Below are positions 1 through 11,500 of a DNA stretch of 64,000 nucleotides, piece by piece. The stretch covers positions 86,126-150,125 of the forward strand of contig JAVCCK010000034.1 of the NCBI GenBank assembly GCA_030765525.1, read 5' to 3'. This DNA is from Candidatus Lernaella stagnicola. Lineage in GTDB: Bacteria > Lernaellota > Lernaellaia > Lernaellales > Lernaellaceae. Within the stretch, counting starts at the first letter, position 1; every line of letters begins with the position of its first letter. The translations under genes and the position numbers were made by a program. The notes beneath the pieces are model-generated. The model saw only the letters and a program-made list of their open reading frames with translations. It was not told where the DNA came from and did not search any database.

Positions 1-987
1 GTTCGCTTCGCGGATATCGGCCACGGTGATGTCTTTGTTGAGTCGCGCGAGGGTGGAATCGTCACCGCTCTCGGCCCCGACGGTCATCTCGCGGAAACCA
101 TTCTCGAAAAGGAAATCCAAGAACTCCTCTTGCCAATGGCGGGCGATGTAATCGGCCCGGCACTCGCCGCGAATCGTGACGCGCAACCCTTTGGCGCGTA
201 GGCCGTCGGCAATACCTTCGACGCGCGCGCGGTCGACATAGAAATTGTCGTCCTTGATCAAAATACCCTGAATTCCGAATTGCTTGGTGATCGTCTCGAT
301 ATGCTCTACGACGGCGTCGGCAGGTTGCGCGTGCCAGCGGCGGCCGCCGTAGGGCAGGTTGTAACAATAGGCGCACGCGTTGGGGCAGCCGCGGCTGGTC
401 GTGATCGCCAAGTCCCGCAGGCCGAGGGTTTGGGTCGTGACGTAATCATCCACGTTGACCGCGTCGTAGTCGGGAATCAAAACCTCAGACAAATCGGTGA
501 TGCGCGGGGCGTCGGGCGTGCTTTTCACTTCCTCACCGTCGACCCACGTTAAACCCGGAACGTGCGTCCAATCGCCGCCGTCGACCAGCGCCGTGGCCAA
601 CGCCGCAACGGTCTGTTCGCCGTCACCGCGCACTACGAGGTCGACCAAAGGATGCCGGGCGCTTTGCTCGGGCACGAGCGACACGTGAATGCCGCCCCAC
701 ACAATCGGCGTGTCCGGGGTTGTCCGGCGCACGATTTGCGCGGCCCGCAAGCCCCAGTCAATTTGCGCCCCGGTCATTGCGCTGATACCCACGAAAAGCG
801 CTTCGGGAGCCGCTTCGCGCAGGTTGCGCTTCCATTGCGGATCGATGCGTTGGTCGATGATCACGGGGTCGAATCCGGCGCGGCGTAAGGGGCGCACGAG
901 GTACAACACGGCCAGCGGCAACAGCGATGTGACGTTTTTGATGTCCCAACCGGTGCGGGTATAAACCAAGACGATGCGGCGCTTCAT
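1..987 (-). CDS. B12-binding radical SAM protein (partial, runs off window start)
   Basis: Not in the ORF track; translated by hand from ATG at 987 (MKRRIVLVYTRTGWD...). B12-domain-like LPLAVLYL...VWGGIHVS...RGDGE, then SRGCPNACAYC (CxxxCxxC), IKDDNF and GAESG. Open to position 1. Confidence 0.9.
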   Translation of the reverse strand, partial: MKRRIVLVYTRTGWDIKNVTSLLPLAVLYLVRPLRRAGFDPVIIDQRIDPQWKRNLREAAPEALFVGISAMTGAQIDWGLRAAQIVRRTTPDTPIVWGGIHVSLVPEQSARHPLVDLVVRGDGEQTVAALATALVDGGDWTHVPGLTWVDGEEVKSTPDAPRITDLSEVLIPDYDAVNVDDYVTTQTLGLRDLAITTSRGCPNACAYCYNLPYGGRRWHAQPADAVVEHIETITKQFGIQGILIKDDNFYVDRARVEGIADGLRAKGLRVTIRGECRADYIARHWQEEFLDFLFENGFREMTVGAESGDDSTLARLNKDITVADIREAN

Positions 988-993
988 GGCGGC

Positions 994-1022
994 ATGGTAG
1001 GTCGCGCGTCGTTCGCGTGCAA
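994..1022 (-). promoter_or_regulatory. sigma70-type promoter, leaderless geometry
   Basis: TTGCAC-N17-TACCAT-N6-ATG(987); no Shine-Dalgarno (SD) sequence. Confidence 0.55.
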
Positions 1023-1053
1023 GACGGTGATAAACGCGTTACGATATCGACCG

Positions 1054-2442
1054 ATGTCCGCCGATCCACCCATCGTAAAAAGACCGTCCCGCGCGCTCAC
1101 CGTATTGGGCGCGGTGGTCGCCGCTTTGCTGGGCGCCCTGCTTTTTGTAGTCGGCGCGAACGAATACTTGTTTCCTTCCTGGGGACGGTATGTCGCGTTG
1201 GGGGCGGGCGTGGCGATTGGACTGACCCTCCGCCTGGTGCGCCGCGGGGCGGGGCACGAGTTCGCGTGGGCTCTACTGACTCTTTTCCTTTATAACGCTC
1301 ATCTCTCGCTTGGCGGCTACACCTATCTCGGTTGGGTCGCGCCGGTGTTGTTTATCCTGTTGGCGGCGATTCCTTATCCGTTGTTTCGTCGCCGGACGTG
1401 TCTCTGGCGTATTCTCGCCGGCCTGAACGCGGCGTTCTTTGTCGGGCTTGTGCTCTTGATGGTTTATCGTGATTTCAGCTTTGTCGACGAACGAGCACAG
1501 TGTCGAGCCGAGGCGGACAAGGCCCCGTCGTTTGTGCGGGAATTGGGCGGACCGACGCACCCTTACGACTTCGCGGGGAATCCGAAAGACGCAGTGGCCG
1601 GTGTCGCGTACGGTTATGAAAACGAGTTTTACCTGATCGATCGCGACCAACCCACGTTGCGTCGCGGCGGAACCCTGGATGCGCGAATTCAGCGTCTCAC
1701 GCCGCACCCGCAGCAACGCGAATTCTTTGTTCCCTTGTGGGCGCAATGGGGCACGGACGAGCGGATGTTCGTCATGGATATGGATGCCGGAACCAAGGTG
1801 CGGGAAATCGCCGTACCGGGTTGCCGGAATCTTTTCGACGTCGAGTTTTACGGGGGACGGCTGTACGCGTTGTGCGAGGTCAGTCATTCGCTGCACGAGT
1901 TCGACGAAGCGCCGCCGCATCAAGCACGCCGCTCGCTCGTGTTGCCGGGGATGGACAGCTACGACATGGCTATCGACGCTACCCGGGGCGTGGCATTTGT
2001 CAGCGACTGGTTTTCTCCCTGGTTGACGGTCGTGGATCTGGCGTCGATGACCGTCCGCGAAAAAAAGTGGATCGGCTTTTCCTCGTTCGAAGTAAAGCTT
2101 GGCCCCGACGACAACCTGTATGTGGCGCAGATGTTTCTCAGGCGGGTTCTGGTCTTGAACGCGAAAACGTTGGCACGCATCGACACAATTGACGCCGGGT
2201 ATGGGCCGCGGGATTTAGAGTTCGATCTCGACCGCGGTTTGTTGCTCATCGGTAATTACTTCGACGGGACGATCGACTACGTGCGTTTGGCCGACCGGAA
2301 GCGCATCGGACGGGTGTTTGTCGGCCGGCCCCTGCGCGGCTTGTGGTACGACGCCGACTACGACCGGCTCTACGCCGCCTGCGGGTGTGGTGTCAAATTC
2401 GCGAAAACCGGTGACGTATTCGAGGGGCAGGTGCAGCGATAG
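1054..2442 (+). CDS. Membrane protein with C-terminal YncE/YVTN-like beta-propeller
   Basis: About 5 hydrophobic segments, then propeller-like repeats (PYDFA, SYDMAID, GPRDLEFD, PLRGLWYD). ATG at 1054 preferred over 994. Confidence 0.7.
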   Translation: MSADPPIVKRPSRALTVLGAVVAALLGALLFVVGANEYLFPSWGRYVALGAGVAIGLTLRLVRRGAGHEFAWALLTLFLYNAHLSLGGYTYLGWVAPVLFILLAAIPYPLFRRRTCLWRILAGLNAAFFVGLVLLMVYRDFSFVDERAQCRAEADKAPSFVRELGGPTHPYDFAGNPKDAVAGVAYGYENEFYLIDRDQPTLRRGGTLDARIQRLTPHPQQREFFVPLWAQWGTDERMFVMDMDAGTKVREIAVPGCRNLFDVEFYGGRLYALCEVSHSLHEFDEAPPHQARRSLVLPGMDSYDMAIDATRGVAFVSDWFSPWLTVVDLASMTVREKKWIGFSSFEVKLGPDDNLYVAQMFLRRVLVLNAKTLARIDTIDAGYGPRDLEFDLDRGLLLIGNYFDGTIDYVRLADRKRIGRVFVGRPLRGLWYDADYDRLYAACGCGVKFAKTGDVFEGQVQR

Positions 2443-2648
2443 GCAATCATGGGAAAACCTCCGCGCCGTCGAACACGCTGGGTTGATGTTTTCCCTCGTC
2501 GCCGACGCAAAAAAGAGACCAAAACGCCCGTTTGATGGGTGTTCGGTCGCCTCGCGGGCGCGAAATCGACTTGACGCGGCGCGTGCGTCGTGTTTCTCTT
2601 AACGTTCCTGAAAACAGGTGGTTTGCATTTGACGACATGTCTTGTTGG

Positions 2649-3851
2649 ATGTCCGTGGTGAGCGAAAAATTGCAACAGAATATCAAAACCTGGCGCGCCG
2701 ATTTGGAGCGCTTTCCGGACAAGCGATTGTACCATCGCCTTGCCGAAGCGCTCCTGTCGCTGGGTGAAGCCGAGGAAGCCCTGCAAGTGGCCGAGGCCGG
2801 GATGGCGCGCCACAAGCGATATTGGTCTTGTCAGGAGGCCATGGGCGCGGTGTTGGTCGCCCTGGGACGTTACGACGAGGCCGTGACGGCGCTGGAAGGT
2901 GTCGCCGAGCACGGGGGTATCGGCGAAGGGAAACGCAACCTGGCCAAAGCGTATTACAGCGCCGGTCGCGATCAGGATGGCGCCCGTGTCTGCAAGGAAC
3001 TGCTCCGCGCCGATCCCTTCGACAAAACCGCCAAGCAGTTGCTCGTAAAAGGCAAAGCCGTGCCGGCTTCGCCGCGCTTTGAGACGCCGCCGGCCGTTGA
3101 GACGCCGGTCCAAGAGCAGCCGGTTGTCCCGATCGAACCCGAACCGATAGCCGAGCCCGAACCTATCGCGGCCGAAGCGCTGATCGAGCCCGAGCCGATT
3201 AGCGAACCTGAACCTATCGCGGCTGAAGCCCCGGCAGCACCGCCGACCGAATCGACAGCGTCGCCGGTCGAACAGCCCGCGGAGAGGTCTGCGGTCGTCG
3301 AAACTCCTTTCGAGGACCTGAGCACCAGCGAGACCGACAGAGTCGTGGACGATTTCTTCGACCCGTTGATGGAAGAGCCCGCTCCGGATCAAGAGGACGA
3401 CGCGCCCGCGCAGCCTGAGGTCGACGAGCCGGAGCCGCCGCCGGAGGAAGATATTGCCGACGAGGACGGCGCGGAGGATTCGGTTGGCGTGCTCTCCGAC
3501 CCCGTCGAGCCTGAGCCGGTGGGCCAGAGGGAAGGCTTCGCGGTCGCGGACGACGCGGATCCCGATGCCGACGATGTCGAACCGGCGCACGAGTACGACC
3601 CGACCGAAGGCATGGATGAAAACGTCGATATCGAAGACGTCGATGTTTTCGGAAGTCTGGACGAGAACAGCGCACCCGAGGCGAGTCCGGATGAAAACGA
3701 GGCGGCGGACGAGGGGGAGGAACTCGAAGACCACGACGACGAACACGAAGATGAAGACGACGCGTCTATCAACGAAGAGCAAGGCGATCATTCAACCAAG
3801 AAGAAAAAACGTCGGCGGCGATGGAAACCGTGGCGGAAGAACAAGGAGTAA
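2649..3851 (+). CDS. TPR protein with acidic Pro/Glu disordered region and basic C-terminal tail
   Basis: N-terminal TPR-like helices (LAEALLSLGEAEEAL; LGRYDEAV), EPEPIA repeats, D/E tract, ending KKKKRRRRWKPWRKNKE. Start uncertain. Confidence 0.75.
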   Translation: MSVVSEKLQQNIKTWRADLERFPDKRLYHRLAEALLSLGEAEEALQVAEAGMARHKRYWSCQEAMGAVLVALGRYDEAVTALEGVAEHGGIGEGKRNLAKAYYSAGRDQDGARVCKELLRADPFDKTAKQLLVKGKAVPASPRFETPPAVETPVQEQPVVPIEPEPIAEPEPIAAEALIEPEPISEPEPIAAEAPAAPPTESTASPVEQPAERSAVVETPFEDLSTSETDRVVDDFFDPLMEEPAPDQEDDAPAQPEVDEPEPPPEEDIADEDGAEDSVGVLSDPVEPEPVGQREGFAVADDADPDADDVEPAHEYDPTEGMDENVDIEDVDVFGSLDENSAPEASPDENEAADEGEELEDHDDEHEDEDDASINEEQGDHSTKKKKRRRRWKPWRKNKE

Positions 3852-3855
3852 GACC

Positions 3856-4302
3856 ATGCCCCGCGTAAAAATCATTCACGGGCCCTTGCTGGACCGGCTT
3901 GGGGAGCGCGAAACGGATTACTACGGCACCGAACCGTTGGAGGAGATCAACGCCTCTTTGGTGGCCATGGGCGAAGCTGTGGGCGTCGAAGTGGATTGCT
4001 TTCAATCCGACATCGAGGGCGAAATCGTCACCGAGATCGCCAACTGCCGTGGCAAGTGCAATTTCCTCATCGTCAATCCGGCCGCGTACTCCCACACGAG
4101 CGTCGCGATATACGACGCAATCGTTTTTTGTCAGGTTCCGACGGTGGAAGTGCATCTATCAAACTTGGCCTCGCGCGAGCCGTTCCGGCGGCAAAGCACG
4201 ATCTCCAGCGTCGTGGTGGGGCGCCTTGAAGGTCTCGGACCGGACGGTTATCGCCTCGCCATGCGATTTTGTTTAGAAAGGTTGACGGCAAATGGCATCT
4301 AG
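3856..4302 (+). CDS. aroQ: Type II 3-dehydroquinate dehydratase
   Basis: LGERE..YYG, FQSDIEGEIV, NPAAYSHTSVAIYDA, EVHLSN..REPFR. SD AAGGAG upstream; true start is inside track ORF 3454..4302. Confidence 0.92.
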   Translation: MPRVKIIHGPLLDRLGERETDYYGTEPLEEINASLVAMGEAVGVEVDCFQSDIEGEIVTEIANCRGKCNFLIVNPAAYSHTSVAIYDAIVFCQVPTVEVHLSNLASREPFRRQSTISSVVVGRLEGLGPDGYRLAMRFCLERLTANGI

Positions 4303-5368
4303 ACTCGAGCGGTTACGGCAGGCTTTACGCGAGAAAAGCTTTGAAGCGGCGTATGTATCTTATCTACCGAACGTCCGGTATCTGGCCGGGTTTACGGGGA
4401 CCGAAGGGTCGCTGTTGGTCACGGCCGACACCGCGCTCTTTTTCACGGACTCCCGCTACACCGATCAAGCCGGGAAGCAAGTGACGCCGCATGGGTTCAA
4501 GGTCGTCCAGTTTCAGAAAAAACTGGAAGAAATCGGCGTGAAAGTTCAGGAGTTGGGTATCGCGCAACTCGGCATCGAAGACAAAGCGATGACCGTGGCC
4601 ATGCACCGTGATTTCGCCACGCACTTGGGCGAGGTCAAGGCGACGCCGCTCGGCGGGTTGGTCACCAATTTGCGCGTTATCAAGGACGAGGCGGAACAGG
4701 AAAAAATCCGCCGCGCCGTTCAGGTGCAGGAACAGGCGATGGAGAAGATTCTGCCGATGATCGTGCCCGGTGCGGTCGAGCGCGACATCGCCTTTGAACT
4801 CGAAACCGAGATGCGGCGGCTCGGCGCCACAAGCCCGTCGTTCGATACGATCGTCGGTTCTGGGCCGCGCGGGGCCATGCCGCACGGCGTGGCTTCGGAC
4901 AAGGAAATTGCGGCCGGCGAGTTGGTCGTGCTCGATTGGGGTTGCGTGGTTGACGGTTATTGTTCCGATCAGACGCTGACGGTCGCTGTCGGCGAAGCGG
5001 CTGATCCGGAGGCCCACAAAGTCTACGACATCGTTTATAAAGCCCAGCGCCAGTGTATTGAATCGATCCGGCCGGGCATGGCCATGAAGGAAATCGATAA
5101 AGTTGCACGCGATGTGATCACCGAGGCCGGTTATGGGAAGCTCTTCGGGCATGGGACCGGTCACAGCCTGGGTTTGGAGATTCATGAGGATCCACGGGCC
5201 AGCATGCTCGGTGAGGGCAACGCGCAAATAGGGATGGTTTTCACCGTTGAACCCGGCATCTATTTGTCGGGACGCTTCGGCGTGCGCCTCGAGGATATCG
5301 TGGTCGTTACCCAGACAGGAGCCGAATGTTTGACCACGATGTCCAAGAAATGGCGATCCACCCTTTAA
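4292..5368 (+). CDS. Xaa-Pro aminopeptidase/dipeptidase (M24)
   Basis: Creatinase-N-like TDSRY; metal ligands LDWG...YCSD, HGTGHSLGLEIHE, TVEPGIY, GVRLED. Confidence 0.93.
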   Translation: MASRLERLRQALREKSFEAAYVSYLPNVRYLAGFTGTEGSLLVTADTALFFTDSRYTDQAGKQVTPHGFKVVQFQKKLEEIGVKVQELGIAQLGIEDKAMTVAMHRDFATHLGEVKATPLGGLVTNLRVIKDEAEQEKIRRAVQVQEQAMEKILPMIVPGAVERDIAFELETEMRRLGATSPSFDTIVGSGPRGAMPHGVASDKEIAAGELVVLDWGCVVDGYCSDQTLTVAVGEAADPEAHKVYDIVYKAQRQCIESIRPGMAMKEIDKVARDVITEAGYGKLFGHGTGHSLGLEIHEDPRASMLGEGNAQIGMVFTVEPGIYLSGRFGVRLEDIVVVTQTGAECLTTMSKKWRSTL

Positions 5369-5539
5369 AAACACGAACTTACACCTTGATTGCCGTACAC
5401 TAATCCAGTAGGTTTTGCTGTGCGGCAAATAAGGTCAATCACGGCAATTTCATGGGGAGGACCGGCCTAACGGCACGGCCTTTGTTTCTGCTGTTGTAGG
5501 GCCCTTTTCACCGATTCGTAATGACACGGGAGTATTGCC

Positions 5540-8500
5540 TTGGCCAAGGACAAAAAAGGTAAAAAGGACGGCTTGCTTAGTAAGCTTAAGGGATCCAAGC
5601 AAAAGAAATACGATCCCGAACTCGCCGAGCTGCAACGTGAGGTGCAGGATGACCCCGCGAATATGCGCGCCCGCCGTAAGTTGGCGGACTACTACCTCAA
5701 GCGGGGCGATAAGCTCAAGGCGCTGGATCAATACCTGACCGTCGCGGAAACCTACGCCGAAAAAGGCTTTTATCCCAAATCCGTAGCCGTGTACAAGCAG
5801 GCGCTGCAGTTGCAGCCGGATATGATCGAAATCTACCTCAAGCTCGCCGGCCTCTACCGCAAACTCGGCCTGATTCCCGAAGTGGTCGAGCAGTACCATA
5901 AGGCCGCTGCGATTTACGAAAACCAGGGCAAAAATCGTGAAGCGTTAGACATGCGCCGCATGATGCTCGACCTGGATCCGTCCAATATCATGGGTCGCCT
6001 GAAGCTTGGACAGAAGTACCTCGAAGGAGGGTTCAAAACCGAAGCGTCCGCCTCGTTTCTGCGCGTCGCCGAGTTGTTTGAACAACAAGGGAAAACCGCA
6101 GAAAAACAGAAGCTGCTCGAGGGCGTCCTCGATCGCGGTCTCGAGGTTTTCGAAATCCTCTATAAGCTGGTTGAACTTTACCGGGAGCAAGGCCACCCGG
6201 AATTGGCGCTGGCGCGATTGGCCAAACTCAGCGGCGAACTCGCCGGCAGTAGCAGCACGTTGGAGTTGACGGCCGAAATCGCCGCGGAACTCGGCAAGCC
6301 CGCCGTCGCCATCAAGGCGCTGGAACGCGCGAGCGAGCTTTACCGCAAAATCGACCGCATGGACAAAGTGCGCGAGGTGTGTGAGCGCATCTTGGAACTC
6401 GACGTCGACAACGAATACGCCGTTACCCGGCTTTCGGAGATTCCGTCTCCACCTGTGTCGGAAGATATCGAACTCGAGCCTCTGCCGGAAATGGAGGAAG
6501 AAGAAGAGTTCGAAACGATCACGCCGCCGGCTGCCAAGGTCGAAAAGGCTGTCGAAGAGATCACCATCGAGGATGACGAACTGCCGTTGGAAGAGGTGAG
6601 CCCAGAAGAAGAGCCCGTCATCGAGGAAGTCCAGATCGAGGATGATCTGGTGATCGAGGAAGTGGCGCTCGACGAAGAACAACCCGTAGTGGAAGTCGAA
6701 CCGGTCGAGGTGGAAGAGCCCGAGCCTGCCGAAATCGAGGAGATTGCACTCGAGGAAGAGCCGGTCGTCGAAGAAGTTGCGGTGGAAGAAGAGGTCGCGA
6801 TCGAAGAAGTTGCGATGGAAGAGGCCGAACTCGAGGAAGAGCCCGTCGTCGTAGAAGTCGCGATGGAAGAGGAGCCCGTCGTCGAAGAAGTTGCGGCCGA
6901 AGAAGAGGTCGCCGCCGAGGCCGAGGAACCGGTCGAAGAAGAGGCCGAAGAGGAAGGCCCGGACCAGATCGATCTGGGCGAGATGAGCGAAGAGGAAGCA
7001 GCCGAGCGCCTCGACGAGGCGATCGATATTTACTTGAAGTACAACCTGCGCGACAAGGCCGTTGAGTACCTCAACCTGGCGCTGGAGCGGAATCCATCAT
7101 CCCTGCTGGTGCTTGAAAAACTCATGACCGTGCACCGCGACTCCGGCGAGGACGCGAAAGCCGAACAGATTCTCGGCGAACTCATCGAAATCGCGCAGAA
7201 ACAGCAGCGGGTCGAGAAACTCGAGCAATACCTCACGCAGATGCTCGAAGCTTCTCCCGACGATCTGGACACCGCGCTGCGCTTGGCCGAACACTACGAG
7301 GAAACCGAGCCGGAACGCGCCATCGTTCATTTCTTCGACCTCGCCAACCGTCATCGCGACCTCGAAAACGCCGACGAAGCCGAACTCATGCTGGATCGTA
7401 TCTTGGCGATCGATCCCGAACACGAAGGCGCGCACCGCGAACTGCTCGATATTTTCGAACAAAGCGGCCAGATCGACAAAGCCGTCGAGAAGCTGTTCGC
7501 GTTGGCCGAAGCCGCTCGTGATTCCGGCGACACCGAAAGCGCCGAGAATTTCCTCATGCGGGTGTTGGACCATCACTCCAACGAAGATCGCGCACAAGAG
7601 GAATTGTTGGCGCTCTACGACCACGCCGGGGCCACCGACAAGTACGCCGATTTGCTGCGCCGTGTGGCCGATCAAAACGCTCAGGCGGGGCATTACGACC
7701 GCGCACTCGAGCAGTACGGGCAATGGCTCGATTTGGATGAGGACAACCTCGAAGCGCGGGAACGCATCAAAGACCTGTATCTCGAAAAGGGCGACACCGA
7801 CGAAGCCATCGGCATTCTCATCGATATCGCCGAGCGCGCGGCGGACGAGCATCCCACAAAAGCCGCCGAAGCCTTGCGCGAGATTCTCTCTTTGGATTCC
7901 GATCACGTGGCGGCCCGCGAGTCCCTGCGCGACGCGCTGCTGGCGGCCGGGGATGTCGCCGGAGCCGTCAACGAAATGATGACTCTGGCCAAAGCCGCTC
8001 TGGAGAACAGTGAGGCCGAGGAAGCGTTGGGGCATTTGGACGGCGTGCTCGGCGTCGATCCGCGCAACGACCAAGCGCTACGCCGCAAGATTTCCATCCT
8101 GCGCGATCTGGGTCGCGAGGACGAAGCGACCGAACTGCTCTTTGAGATCGCGGCCTTTGCCGAGCGTTCCGGCGACATCGACAAGGCCGAGGCGACGCTT
8201 CGCGAGGTGCTGGCGACCGACGAACACGCCATACGCGCCCGCATCTCGTTGAAGGATCTGTTCCTCAACGCGGGCCTGGAAGACAAAGCCGTAGCCGAGT
8301 TGATCGACTTGGCGCAAACCGCCGAGCAGACCGGAGACAACGATACCGCGCTGGTGTACTGGGGCGAAATCTCCGGCCTCGACCCCGACAATCTCGACGC
8401 GCGCAAGGGGATCGCCCGGTTGCATTTGGCCGGCGGCGACACCGACAGCGCCGTGTCCGAATTGCTTTCTGTGGCCGGCCTTCAAGAGACCGGGGGCGAC

Positions 8501-11500
8501 CTCGACGGCGCGATCGAAACCTTGCGGCAGGCGTTGGAATACGACGAACAGAACGAAGTCGCCGCTTCCCGCTTGATCGAATTGCTGCTGCAGACCGGCC
8601 AAACGGAGCCGGCCGTCGAATTGCTCATGACCGAAGCGGCGCACGCGCGTAGTGCGGGGCGGTTGCCGAAAGCTCGTGATTCATACGAACGGGTCATCGA
8701 GCATGACGGCCGGAACGTCGAGGCGCGCCGGCAACTCAAAGAGGTGTATCTCGGAACCGGGCGGCAGGATCGGGCGATCGAACAGTTGTTCGCCATGGCC
8801 GATCTTTTCAAGGCGCTCGATGAACCGGACAATGTCGAAGCCGCGCTGCGTGAAGTCATCGAACTCGACGGAGAAAATACGGAAGCCGCCACCGCGCTCA
8901 AGGACCACTACTTCGCCAGCGGTCAGCAAGCCGCAGGCTTGGATATGCTCCACGATTTCGTCCAGAAGGCTCGGGCACAACGGGAGATCGAAGAGGCGAA
9001 GACATTCGCCGAGGAAATGTTGGCCGTCCAGAGCGACGACCGCCGCGCCCTGATTGCGCTGGCCGAAATCGCCGTAGAGGAAAACGACACGTTCGCCGCC
9101 GTCGGTCGCTTCCGCACCCTGGCGGGTTTGGCGCTTGCCGAGAACGCCAACGAAGAAGCCGAGCGTCATTTCGCGCGTATCATTGAGTTGGACGACGCCG
9201 ACGCCGAGGCCCGCGCCGAACTAAAAACGCTGCTGCTGGCGCGTGGTGATCGGCTCGGCGCCACCGAGCAATTGTTCGCGCTTGCCGACCTGGCCGGCGA
9301 AGGCGGAGATTCCGACGAAGCGCTTCGCTATTACCGCGAAGTCCTCGAACTCGATTCCCGAAACGAAACGGCGTTAGAGAATTTGGTCGACATCATGGTT
9401 GCCGCCGGCGATGGCGATCAGGCGATCGAAGAGATGTTCCTGCTGGCCGAAATCGCGCGGGAGAAAACCGATTTCACGCGCGCCGAACGTTTCCTGCGGC
9501 AAGTGCTGGATGTCGACGGCGACAATACCCAAGCGCTGGAAATTCTCAGCGATGTGCATATCGCGGGCGGCGAGACGGGCCAGGCGGTCGAGGAACTCTT
9601 CCGCTTGGTAGAGGCGGCCGAGAACGCCGAGGATTATGAACACGCTTTGGGATTGGTCGATCGCGTGCTTGATCTGGATGAGGAAAACATCAACGCGTTG
9701 GGCAAAAAGGCCGACTTACTCGATCTTTTGGAGCGCCACGACGAGGCCGTCGCTTCTCTGCTGCAACTCGCCGGTGCCCAACGGGCGCGCGAACTTGACG
9801 ACCACGCCGAGCGCGCGCTGCGTAAGGCGCAAAAACTCGCGCCGGAAGACCAAGGTGTTCACGACGCCCTGATCGATTTGTTGAGCGGTGCCGAAGATAC
9901 GCAGCCGGTGATCGACGAACTGCTTCGCTTCAACGGCGCGGCGATTGAAGACGGCGACCACGACAAAGCCACCACGGTGGCCCGGCGTATTCTGGACCTC
10001 AATCCGCGCTTCGAACGCGCACACCGCATGCTCATTGACGCGCTCAAGGCGCAGGACGAACTCGAAGCCGCCACCGAAGCGCTCTTCGCGCTCAGCGATC
10101 TGCAGGCCGAAGCCGGCGAGCAGGCGGCGGCGGAGGAGACGATCGAAGAAGTCTTGTCGCTGGAGGCAACCAACCAAGCCGCCATCGACAAACTTACGAT
10201 GTTGATGCTCGACACCGGCCGCCACAGCGAGGCCGTCAAGCTGCTGTTGGCCTTTGGCGATCGGTTGCAGAGGGTTGAGCAATTCGCCGAAGCGCGCACC
10301 GCGTTCGAGCGCGTGCTCGACATCGAAGACGGCGACGCCGAGGCGCTGGGTAAACTCAAGGAATCTTATCTGGTCACGTCCGATATGGCCGAAGCGGTGG
10401 AGATTCTCTTCCGCACGGTCAGCGCCGCGGATTCGCGTCACGAAGAGGACTTGGCGTTCGACTCGTTGCGCGAAATCCTTGAACTGGACGAGCGCAACAT
10501 CGAGGCGTTCGAAGACCTGAAGGCGCGTTTGTTCAAGGCCGACCGGGTCGACGATGCCGTCGATCTCATGCTGATGGCCGACGAAAAAATGCCGCCGGTT
10601 TGGGACGAGGATCGCCGCATCGACAACCTGGAAGAAATTCTTGAGACCGACGAACAGAATAACGAAGCGTTGGAACGGCTCGCCGATATTTTCAAGAGAA
10701 CCGATCAAGCCGATCGCGCGATGGACATTCTTTTCCGGTTGGCCGAACTCGCCGAACAAGACGGCGACAGCGAAGGGGCCGCGGGGCGACTGGGCGACAT
10801 CATCGCCATCGACGGACGCAATCTGCGGGCTCACTTGCGCGTGGCGAATCTCTACGAACAGGCGGGTGATGAGGACGCGCTCGCTGCGCGCCTGTTGACG
10901 ATCGCCCACCTGCAGCAGGACGCGGGTGACTTGGACGAAGCCGCCGCGACTCTTCGCCGCGTGCAGGCAATCGAGAAGTTCGAGGAAAAAGCGCTGCGGG
11001 AACTGGATGATCTCTTCGGCGCGGCGGGCGACGAACAGCAGCGGCTGGAAGTCCGTTTCGAACTTGCCGCCGTGTACGGCCGCCGGGACGATGTCACCGA
11101 GGCCGAGGCGATCTACCTCGGGATTCTCAAGCAGGATACCGACAACCTGCTCGCGCGTGATTCGGTTATCAATCTGTACGCGGAGCACGAGCGCGGTGCC
11201 GATGCCGCGGCGCAGGCGATCGTTCTGGCCGACCGGGCGCGTAAAGCCGAGGACTTTGACGAAGCCATTTCGCGTTACGAGCAGGTGCTGTTCTTCGACG
11301 TGGATAACACTAAAGCAAGGCGTCATTTGAAATCCTTGCTGGTTAAGACCGAGCAGTTCGGGGCTGCGTGCATGCAGCTTCGCGTCTTGGCCGACGCGGC
11401 ACGCGATGGCGACGATTTGATCGCCGTGGAAGACGCTTTGACCGAGCTTTTGCAACTCCAACCGGACGATTTGGACGTACGCCGCGAGTTGGTGGATCTC

